33,072 nt of DNA from contig JAVHPX010000044.1 in NCBI GenBank assembly GCA_036170795.1, positions 3,462-36,533 on the forward strand. The letters are read 5' to 3'. The first letter of the stretch is position 1. Each line of letters begins with the position of its first letter. Position numbers and translations under genes: made by a program. This DNA comes from Minisyncoccota bacterium. GTDB taxonomy: Bacteria; Patescibacteriota; Minisyncoccia; Phycocordibacterales; UBA9973. Shown piece by piece: positions 18,452 to 26,272 of the stretch. Under the pieces are notes generated by a model. It did not search any database and was not told the DNA's origin. It saw only the letters and a list, made by a program, of their open reading frames with translations.

Positions 18452-20398
18452 ATGAAAAAAGATAATACTGATAATTCCGTAAACTACAATAACAACCAAC
18501 ATATAGATGGGATCATTTCTATTTCTCATAAAGGAATTGGGGTTGTTCGAATTAGAGGTAACGATGAAATCATAGAAATAGATCATAGCTTCCTTCATAC
18601 AGCCTGTCATGGTGATACAGTAAGAATACTTCTTCATCCAAATATAAAAAATGAAATACTTCACGGAGAAGTGTCTGAAATACTCCATAGATCCAAAAAA
18701 GGATTTTCTGGTGTTCTTGAAAAAGAACATGATACTTATTTTCTTATTCCTAGCGATTTAAAAATGTATTCTGATATAGTTATTCCAGAAAATAAATTAA
18801 ATGGTGCTAAAATAGGTCAGAAAATATTTGTTGTTATTACTGAATGGACAGATGCTAAAAAAGCCCCAATTGGTGAAGTAGCAAAAATATTAGGTTTACC
18901 AATGGAACATAATGCCGAGATGGAAGCAATAGCACTCGAAAAAGGTTTCAATTCAATCTTTCCTATTAATGTTCAAAAAGAAGCAAAAATAATAACAAAA
19001 AATGGCATAACTAAACATGACCTAAATGATCGTCGTGATATGCGTACAACAACAACATTTACAATAGACCCAGAAGATGCAAAAGATTTTGATGATGCCT
19101 TATCATTTAATAAATTAATAAATAATCATTATGAAATTGGTATTCATATTGCTGATGTTTCTTATTATGTAAATAATAATACTGCTCTAGACAAAGAAGC
19201 TCGTTATCGTGGAACATCCGTATATCTTGTAGATCGTACTATACCAATGCTTCCAGAAGAACTTTCAAATGGACTCTGCAGCTTAAACCCAGATATTGAT
19301 AGACTCACTTTTTCAGCTATTTTTGAACTTGATCTAAATGGTCATATTTATAATGAATGGTTTGGCAGAACAACTATCCATTCTGACAAACGATTCACAT
19401 ATGAAAATGCTCAAAAAATTATTGACAACGGTCACGGTCCATTTTTTACAGAACTTTCAACTATTAATACTATTGCTAAAAAACTTCTAAAAAAACGATT
19501 TGCTGAAGGGGCAATATCATTAGAACAAGAGGAGGTTAAATTCAAACTCGATTCTAATGGTGTACCACTTTCTGTTTATACAAAAAAGCGTGGAGATACT
19601 CATAAACTAATTGAAGAATTTATGCTCATGGCTAATCGTCGTGTTGCTGAATATATGTCTACCAAAAAAGATGGTACTGAGGGGGTATTTCTATATCGCA
19701 TACACGACTTACCAAATAAAGAAAAAATGAAAGACTTAGTAACATTTCTTAAAAAGCTTGGTTACAATATGAGGCTCAAGGATGGAATCATACCTTCAGA
19801 AGAAATCAATACGCTTATCATAAAACTTGAACATAATCCATTGCGCGATACAGTCCATACTGCCATTATCAGAACAATGGCAAAAGCAATTTATTCTACA
19901 AAAAATATTGGTCATTACGGTCTCGGTTTTAAATTCTATACACATTTCACGTCACCAATTCGTAGATACCCAGATGTTATTGTCCATCGTTTACTTAATT
20001 CTTTCTTAAAAAATGAAATCATTCCAAAAGAAAGATGGTTCGAATATGAAGAAATAAGCACCGAAGCTTCAAACCGTGAAAAAGAAGCTGCTGAAGCCGA
20101 ACGTGCATCTATTAAATATAAACAAGTTGAATATATGTCTACTAGAATTGGTCAAAATTTTGAAGGAGTCATCACTGGAGTAACTGAATGGGGATTATAT
20201 GTTGAAGACATAACAACAAAATGTGAAGGTATGATTCGTATGCGTGATCTTTCTAATGATTACTATATATTTGATAAAAAATATATGAGCATAAAAGGTC
20301 AAAAAACTCATAAAAAATATGCACTCGGTGATCGTGTGCATTTTAAGGTTAAAAATACTGACAGAAATAAAAAAACAATCGACTATGCTTTAATATAA
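18452..20398 (+). CDS. rnr: Ribonuclease R (RNB family 3'-5' exoribonuclease)
   Basis: 648 aa. It has the RNB catalytic region (TIDPEDAKDFDDAL, HFTSPIRRYPD) and a C-terminal S1 domain (FEGVITGVTEWGLYVE). Confidence 0.92.
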   Translation: MKKDNTDNSVNYNNNQHIDGIISISHKGIGVVRIRGNDEIIEIDHSFLHTACHGDTVRILLHPNIKNEILHGEVSEILHRSKKGFSGVLEKEHDTYFLIPSDLKMYSDIVIPENKLNGAKIGQKIFVVITEWTDAKKAPIGEVAKILGLPMEHNAEMEAIALEKGFNSIFPINVQKEAKIITKNGITKHDLNDRRDMRTTTTFTIDPEDAKDFDDALSFNKLINNHYEIGIHIADVSYYVNNNTALDKEARYRGTSVYLVDRTIPMLPEELSNGLCSLNPDIDRLTFSAIFELDLNGHIYNEWFGRTTIHSDKRFTYENAQKIIDNGHGPFFTELSTINTIAKKLLKKRFAEGAISLEQEEVKFKLDSNGVPLSVYTKKRGDTHKLIEEFMLMANRRVAEYMSTKKDGTEGVFLYRIHDLPNKEKMKDLVTFLKKLGYNMRLKDGIIPSEEINTLIIKLEHNPLRDTVHTAIIRTMAKAIYSTKNIGHYGLGFKFYTHFTSPIRRYPDVIVHRLLNSFLKNEIIPKERWFEYEEISTEASNREKEAAEAERASIKYKQVEYMSTRIGQNFEGVITGVTEWGLYVEDITTKCEGMIRMRDLSNDYYIFDKKYMSIKGQKTHKKYALGDRVHFKVKNTDRNKKTIDYALI

Positions 20399-20403
20399 AA
20401 TAT

Positions 20404-21096
20404 ATGAGAAAATATTTCATATCTATTTTAATAATCACATTACTATCACCTGCATTTTCTTATGCAGAATTAAAAACAGAATATCATATAAATAAAAATT
20501 TTGATATTATCCCCAATGATAAAAATGCTAATAAAAAAGTTATACTTATAACAATAGATGATGGTCCTAGCAAATACAGCAAAGATATGGTAAATACACT
20601 TTTGAGACATAATGCTAAGGCAATATTTTTTATTAATGGTATTCACAACAAGAATTATCCTAACAATATAACCTTTGAAGCTAATTCTGGATTTATTATT
20701 GGAAATCATACTTGGGATCATCTAAATTTAAAAAAAGAAAAAAATATTGAAAAAATAAAAAAAGAAATCGTAAATAATACAAATCTTATTTCAAAACTTA
20801 CAGGTTCTGATCCTATATTCTTTAGACCACCATATGGAGTAAATACACAATACGTCAAAGATCTTATAAAAAAAAATAACATGATATCCATGAATTGGTC
20901 TGGATCTGCAAAAGACTGGGGAAAAAATACTAAAAATGAAAAAATATTTATGAACAATGTATTAACAAATTTACACCCTGGAGAAATATTATTAATACAT
21001 GAGCATGAGTGGACAGCAAAATACCTAGACAAACTATTAACAATGTTAGAAAATAAAGGCTATGAGTTTGTCGACCCACATAAAATAACAAATTAA
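20404..21096 (+). CDS. Secreted polysaccharide deacetylase (CE4 / NodB homology)
   Basis: 230 aa with a signal peptide. The motifs ITIDDGPS, GNHTWDH and FRPPYG are present. Confidence 0.85.
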   Translation: MRKYFISILIITLLSPAFSYAELKTEYHINKNFDIIPNDKNANKKVILITIDDGPSKYSKDMVNTLLRHNAKAIFFINGIHNKNYPNNITFEANSGFIIGNHTWDHLNLKKEKNIEKIKKEIVNNTNLISKLTGSDPIFFRPPYGVNTQYVKDLIKKNNMISMNWSGSAKDWGKNTKNEKIFMNNVLTNLHPGEILLIHEHEWTAKYLDKLLTMLENKGYEFVDPHKITN

Positions 21097-21102
21097 ATAA
21101 TT

Positions 21103-21987
21103 ATGAATCAAAAATTTATATTTATTACTATATTGTGTTCTGTTGTTGGATTTAGTATGGGATTTTCTATAACTAAGATATATGCTAAAAAATTAAATAC
21201 ATATAACACATCTAATTTAATATCTAGAAATACGATAGAACCAGTAAACACAATTGCAGAGGTAAAATCACAAGAAAATAAAGATACACCAGGAATAGAA
21301 GATGCTCCAGAATTAACAACAGAACAAACACCAATTGTTCCACAAAAAATTATTTCTCAAAAAATAGAAGTTACAAAAGAAAATATCGATGATTGCCCTT
21401 CACCCACAAAAACATATGATGATTATTCATATGTAGATGTTGGCCAAGTAGTTTTCATACCAGATATATCATATATTCCATCTAATTTAGTCAAACTTAA
21501 TAAAAATATAACAAAATATCCTAAAACTTGCCTTAAAAAAGAAGCTGCAGAATCTTTACTTAAAATGATTGATGATGCAAAAAAAGACAACTTAATTATA
21601 AAAGTATCATCTGCTTTCCGAAGTTATGAGACTCAAGAATTTCTACTTGATAGAAGCATAAAAAGTGGTAATGTAAACGCTATACGTCGTATCGCCAAAC
21701 CAGGACATTCGGAACACCAATTAGGTCTTGCTGTCGATCTTACAAGTCCATCAGTTAACAATGATTCAACTACAACAAAATTTGAAAATACAAAAGAATA
21801 CAAATGGTTGAAAAATAATTCATACTTATATGGTTTTTTAGAAAGCTATCCAGAAGGTAAAGAAGATATAACTGGCTATATGTATGAAGCATGGCATTAC
21901 CGATATGTTGGAATAGATAATGCTAAAGAAATAATCAAGAATAATCAAACAATAAACGAATTTTTTAAAGATAATAAAAATAACTAA
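21103..21987 (+). CDS. Membrane-anchored M15B (VanY-like) D-alanyl-D-alanine carboxypeptidase
   Basis: 294 aa with an N-terminal TM helix. The motifs SAFRSYETQ, SEHQLGLAVDL and EAWHYRYVG are present. Confidence 0.85.
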   Translation: MNQKFIFITILCSVVGFSMGFSITKIYAKKLNTYNTSNLISRNTIEPVNTIAEVKSQENKDTPGIEDAPELTTEQTPIVPQKIISQKIEVTKENIDDCPSPTKTYDDYSYVDVGQVVFIPDISYIPSNLVKLNKNITKYPKTCLKKEAAESLLKMIDDAKKDNLIIKVSSAFRSYETQEFLLDRSIKSGNVNAIRRIAKPGHSEHQLGLAVDLTSPSVNNDSTTTKFENTKEYKWLKNNSYLYGFLESYPEGKEDITGYMYEAWHYRYVGIDNAKEIIKNNQTINEFFKDNKNN

Positions 21988-22014
21988 ATAAATGTATTTT
22001 TTCTAGTCATTTTT

Positions 22015-24285
22015 TTATTTTGCATAACCACTCGCGTCTTCTAAATGTATAGATAGAAGTTTGGATACTCCAGATGAATCCATCGTAACTCCATAGAGAA
22101 CTTGAGCTCGGGACATAGTCTCACGATTGTGTGTCACTACAACAAGCTGTGAGTACTTTGATAGATTCTCAAGCATATCTCCATATTTACGAGAATTAGA
22201 TTCATCTAAAGCAGCATCAGTCTCATCTAAAACCATAAATGGTGGTGGATTGACTTGTGATATTGCAAAAAGAAGAGCTATAGACGTAAGAGATCTTTCA
22301 CCACCTGAGAGCATATGTAAATCTTTCACTTTCTTTTGTGGAAGAGTTACATTTATTTCTATACCTCGTTCAAATTCAATTTCAGTCTCATCAGATTCAA
22401 AATCTTCACTTGCCTGCGTAGACAAGTCAATTTCATCAGACTTTTTAGATCTTTTATGTTCTACAACAATAGAAAGAAAAGCTGATCCACCACCAAACAT
22501 TAAAGAAAAAAATTCTTGAAATTGTTTATTTATTTTCTCTACTCCGCTCTTAAATTCAGCATCTAAAGTACCTTTAAGTTCTCCTATTAAAAGTCTAAGT
22601 GATTCAATACTTCTGTTTAAATCATCAATTTCTTTCATCAAAAATATATCTCTTTCTTCTGTATCTTGATATTCTTTAAGGATTTCAGCACCATTACCCA
22701 AACCAGCATCTTCCAATTTAATCTTAATACGCTCAATTTTATGATGAATATCTTCTTGCACACTTCGAACAACATCATGATCAACGACTACATCTTTATA
22801 GGAAAATACCTCACGTCCCACAAGAGTACTACCCTCTCTAAGTTCCATTTCAAATGCATTCTTAACCTCGGATAATCTTTCTTCTTCAAATAAAAGTGTC
22901 TGTATTACTGATGTCACTTCATTTTTTTCTCGAAGTAATTCATACAACCTACGTTCACCATCATGAAGATTTTCTTGTTCCTTTTTATCAAGATTACGAA
23001 GTTCTGATATATTATCTAAAAAAATCTTCTCTTCTTTTTTTATAAATTCTAATTCAGCTACAAAGCTATCTCTCTCTATTTTTAAACTATTATATTGATT
23101 CTCTAATTCTTTATTAATTATTTTTTTAGTCAGAATATTATCTGTATGTAAAGCCTGCAATCGTTCTTTAATTCCATAAAGAATTACTGTTATTTTTGAC
23201 ATATCTTCTGTTTGAATAGCTTCATCAATATTTTTTTCTATATCAGTAACAATCTCTTTCCATTCAGATAATGATATTACTCTTTCTTGTTCATTTTCAA
23301 CATGTAAAAGTTGCTTTTCTATACCTTCAATTATTCCTTCAGTACGACCAAGAGCACGTGCTTTATCATCTTTTTTAATACGTAAATTTGATAATTCAAT
23401 TTCGTATTCTTTTATTTTTATAATATTTTCATTTTCCGCTTTATCTTTAGTTTGTTCAGATTGCAATACACTAATACGTTGATCAAGCAATATATTTTTC
23501 TGATCAAGCTCTCTTTTATTATAAGTAAGGCGCTTTGTCTCTTTTTGAATGTAAGTTGATTCAGATGAAAAATATGTTTTATACAAATCTGCTAATTCTT
23601 GACGCATCAAGCGAGCTTTTTCGACAACTTGAACCTGTTTTTTTAAAAAAATAAGATGAGGAGCAATCTCTCTACGAAGAGCTTGAACTTCTTTCATATT
23701 AATAAGTGTTTTATCAAGTTTACGTTCGGATTCTTTAATACGATATTGATAAACTTTCAAACCAAGAGTATCTTCAATCATAGATCGTCTATCTTTATTA
23801 GAAGCATTTAATACTCTATCAGCCTCTCCCTGAGAAATTATGTGGTGCCCAGAACTACCAATATTTACTGAAGCAAGCAAATCAATTATATCTTTAAGTC
23901 TAACTTCACTACCATTTATACTGTATCTATTTGCTCCATCTGTAAATACTTCACGAGAAATACTAATCTCATCATAATCAAGTGATATACCAAGTCCACT
24001 GTTCGTAAATGAAAAAACTTTTTTACTATTATCAAAAATAATTGTGACGAGTGCACGATTTGATGAAGAAAGAGATTTTGAACCCTTAAATATAAGGTCA
24101 ACTCCTCCTTTACCACGAAGTGACTTCATAGATTGTTCACCTAAAACAAAACGTATAGACTCAACAATATTTGATTTTCCAGATCCATTCGGCCCAACAA
24201 TTGCTGTAATCGGTGTCGCAAAAGAAACAGTACTTTTTTTACCAAAAGACTTAAATCCTATAAGCTCAATAGCTTTTAGTGTCAT
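22015..24285 (-). CDS. smc: SMC-family chromosome partition ATPase, unusually short (756 aa)
   Basis: The N-terminal head is canonical (LKAIELIGFKSF...GPNGSGKSN...FVLGEQS). The C-terminal head has LSGGERSLTSIALLFAI and VLDETDAALD. It sits in conserved rnc-smc synteny. The region between the heads is about 420 aa of heptad-like sequence with no hinge motif visible. Confidence 0.85.
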   Translation of the reverse strand: MTLKAIELIGFKSFGKKSTVSFATPITAIVGPNGSGKSNIVESIRFVLGEQSMKSLRGKGGVDLIFKGSKSLSSSNRALVTIIFDNSKKVFSFTNSGLGISLDYDEISISREVFTDGANRYSINGSEVRLKDIIDLLASVNIGSSGHHIISQGEADRVLNASNKDRRSMIEDTLGLKVYQYRIKESERKLDKTLINMKEVQALRREIAPHLIFLKKQVQVVEKARLMRQELADLYKTYFSSESTYIQKETKRLTYNKRELDQKNILLDQRISVLQSEQTKDKAENENIIKIKEYEIELSNLRIKKDDKARALGRTEGIIEGIEKQLLHVENEQERVISLSEWKEIVTDIEKNIDEAIQTEDMSKITVILYGIKERLQALHTDNILTKKIINKELENQYNSLKIERDSFVAELEFIKKEEKIFLDNISELRNLDKKEQENLHDGERRLYELLREKNEVTSVIQTLLFEEERLSEVKNAFEMELREGSTLVGREVFSYKDVVVDHDVVRSVQEDIHHKIERIKIKLEDAGLGNGAEILKEYQDTEERDIFLMKEIDDLNRSIESLRLLIGELKGTLDAEFKSGVEKINKQFQEFFSLMFGGGSAFLSIVVEHKRSKKSDEIDLSTQASEDFESDETEIEFERGIEINVTLPQKKVKDLHMLSGGERSLTSIALLFAISQVNPPPFMVLDETDAALDESNSRKYGDMLENLSKYSQLVVVTHNRETMSRAQVLYGVTMDSSGVSKLLSIHLEDASGYAK

Positions 24286-24290
24286 AATTT

Positions 24291-24986
24291 TTAATCAAAC
24301 CAATTTTTAATTTCTAATGCAGCATGAGCAGCAGCTTGTTCTGCTTCTTGTTTAGATTTACCTTTACCTTCAGCAATAAGATCACTCCCAAAAAATACTC
24401 CTATCGTAAAATGTTTATCGTGATCTGGTCCAATTTCATGCAAAACTTTATATGAAGGTGTAATACTTAAATATTCCTGTGCTTTTTCTTGAACTAAACT
24501 TTTTGCATCACGCCATAATTTCTTAGCAACTATTATATCTATTTTACCAAATAAAGTTTTAGAAATAAAAGCTTTGGCTATATCATAACCTTGATCGAGA
24601 TAAACTGCTCCAACGTACGCTTCATAAGTATTTGCTAGTATATAACTACGGGCACGACCTGTGTCTTTCGCTTCACCTTTTGATAATAATAAATAATCAT
24701 TCATTCCAAGAGCAAGAGCTACTTCTCCTATAATTACAGCATTTACTAAAGCTGAACGATAAGCAGTTAGATCACCTTCATCATGATCAGGATATTTATT
24801 ATAAAGATAATCAGTAATAATAAGTTCAAGAACTGCATCACCAAGGAATTCAAGACGTTCATTATGTGAAAATCTTGAACCATTATTTTCATTAATATAA
24901 GAACGATGAATAAAAGCTTGTTGTAATAAATCTTTATTATTAAAAACTATATTTGTTATTTTCTCAAATGTACTAAAATCAACCAT
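24291..24986 (-). CDS. rnc: Ribonuclease III
   Basis: 231 aa with the signature ERLEFLGDAVLE and a C-terminal dsRBD (GKGKSKQEAEQAAA). Confidence 0.95.
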   Translation of the reverse strand: MVDFSTFEKITNIVFNNKDLLQQAFIHRSYINENNGSRFSHNERLEFLGDAVLELIITDYLYNKYPDHDEGDLTAYRSALVNAVIIGEVALALGMNDYLLLSKGEAKDTGRARSYILANTYEAYVGAVYLDQGYDIAKAFISKTLFGKIDIIVAKKLWRDAKSLVQEKAQEYLSITPSYKVLHEIGPDHDKHFTIGVFFGSDLIAEGKGKSKQEAEQAAAHAALEIKNWFD

Positions 24987-24998
24987 AAAAAATTAAAT

Positions 24999-25901
24999 TT
25001 ATTTATTAGTAAGTATTTCTATTGCTTTGGTTAAAAGTGGAATCATATTATCGTACATTTTAAGATTAGAAATTTCATCCAATAAAAACCATTTTGCATC
25101 ATCAAGACCTCCGGTACCTTTCTCAAGAATAATATCAGTATATTCTGATTCTCCAAGAAAGAAAACAACTTGTTTGCGAATTTTGCCTTTTTCTGGATGG
25201 TTTGCAATATATTCATTTCGTCCAAGAAGTTCTTTAATAGTAATATCAAGACCCATTTCTTCTTTTATCTCTCGAATAGCACCTTGCTCTTCATTTTCTC
25301 CATTTTCAACACCACCTTTTGAAAGAGTCCAATAGCCGAAAACATCGTGAACAAATGCAAAATAAATATTACCTTCATGGTATGCGTAGACAACTGCACC
25401 AGCTTTTTTTTCTATTGGGAATTTTGTAGGATCAATTTCAAAATGTTTATTCTTTTTTTTACCAACTTCATCTTTTCCAGGTTCGCCGAGTTCTTTATAA
25501 ACTCCACCAAGTACACCATTTATAAACTTACTAGAATTCTCACCACCAAAACTTTTGGCAAGTTCTATGGCTTCATTAATAGCTACCTTTGGAGGTACTT
25601 GGGTACGGTCACCAAATAGAAGTTCATACAAACCAATACGAATAATATTACGGTCTACTATCGATATCTTATCTATCGGCCAATCTGGTGCAGCTTTTTC
25701 TATAATCTCATCAAGAATAACTTTTTTCTTTATAATACCAGAAAAAAGATTAGTCATAAAAAATGAATCATCGAGGCCAGGACCAAATTCTTCTATATTA
25801 CGATCAAGCATCGCCTTAAAATTTGGATCTTTTTCTACCACAAAATCCCACTCAAAAAGTGTCTGAAGAACAATTGAACGTGAAAGGTGCCTGTTTGCCA
25901 T
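24999..25901 (-). CDS. nusB: NusB antitermination factor fused to a C-terminal Nudix hydrolase domain
   Basis: A single 300-aa ORF. Residues 1 to about 140 are NusB (LSRSIVLQTLFEWDF ... INEAIELAKSFGGENSSKFINGVLG). Residues from about 165 to 300 carry a perfect Nudix box, G-GVENG-E-NEEQGAI-REIKEEMGL. Confidence 0.9.
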   Translation of the reverse strand: MANRHLSRSIVLQTLFEWDFVVEKDPNFKAMLDRNIEEFGPGLDDSFFMTNLFSGIIKKKVILDEIIEKAAPDWPIDKISIVDRNIIRIGLYELLFGDRTQVPPKVAINEAIELAKSFGGENSSKFINGVLGGVYKELGEPGKDEVGKKKNKHFEIDPTKFPIEKKAGAVVYAYHEGNIYFAFVHDVFGYWTLSKGGVENGENEEQGAIREIKEEMGLDITIKELLGRNEYIANHPEKGKIRKQVVFFLGESEYTDIILEKGTGGLDDAKWFLLDEISNLKMYDNMIPLLTKAIEILTNK

Positions 25902-25918
25902 AAGTCTTTTTAAACAAA

Positions 25919-25993
25919 ATCTTGAAATTTTTCAAATAAAAGTTATCAATATTATTTAATCTAAAATGATAACTAAAGAAAAAAATTTCAAGA
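25919..25993 (-). repeat. Nested inverted repeats in the rpmF-nusB spacer (possible attenuator or RNase processing hairpin)
   Basis: The outer 13-bp inverted repeat is tcttgaaattttt (25919-25931) / aaaaatttcaaga (25981-25993). The inner 7-bp inverted repeat is gttatca (25941-25947) / tgataac (25966-25972). On the minus-strand RNA the structure is followed by UUUUGUUU. Confidence 0.35.
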
Positions 25994-25995
25994 AC

Positions 25996-26217
25996 TTACT
26001 TTTTAATTTTAGCCTTCTTTTTAGCTTGCTTCTTTTCTACTTTCTTAACCACATCAATCACTTTGCGTCCACGATAAAAACCACAATGAGTACAAACGAC
26101 ATGTGTCTCTTTCTGTTTTTCACAGTTTGAACATGTAGTAAAACCCTTAACCTTAAGTGCATGATGACTTCTACGGTTACCTGTATGAGCACGTGTATGT
26201 CGCATTCGTATTACCAT
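25996..26217 (-). CDS. rpmF: 50S ribosomal protein L32
   Basis: 73 aa with HTRAHTGNRRSHHAL and a zinc ribbon, CSNC...CTHCG. Confidence 0.92.
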   Translation of the reverse strand: MVIRMRHTRAHTGNRRSHHALKVKGFTTCSNCEKQKETHVVCTHCGFYRGRKVIDVVKKVEKKQAKKKAKIKK

Positions 26218-26223
26218 ATAACT

Positions 26224-26251
26224 AGTATACTTATTTTTACCTAAAATGCAA
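26224..26251 (-). promoter_or_regulatory. rpmF promoter (leaderless candidate)
   Basis: Minus strand reads TTGCAT (26251-26246), 16 nt, then TATACT (26229-26224). A 6-nt gap precedes the ATG at 26217. Confidence 0.4.
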
Positions 26252-26254
26252 ATG

Positions 26255-26263
26255 TGCTATGAT
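26255..26263 (+). promoter_or_regulatory. thrS extended -10 element
   Basis: TGcTATGAT at 26255-26263, 9 nt before the ATG at 26273. An overlapping TGaTATATT at 26260-26268 is also possible. Confidence 0.35.
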
Positions 26264-26272
26264 ATATTTATT

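Noticed and set aside
26218-26272. T-box riboswitch or ThrRS autoregulatory operator upstream of thrS.
   Set aside because: Only 28-55 nt are available between rpmF and thrS. That is far too short for a T-box of about 200 nt or an operator mimic of tRNA-Thr.
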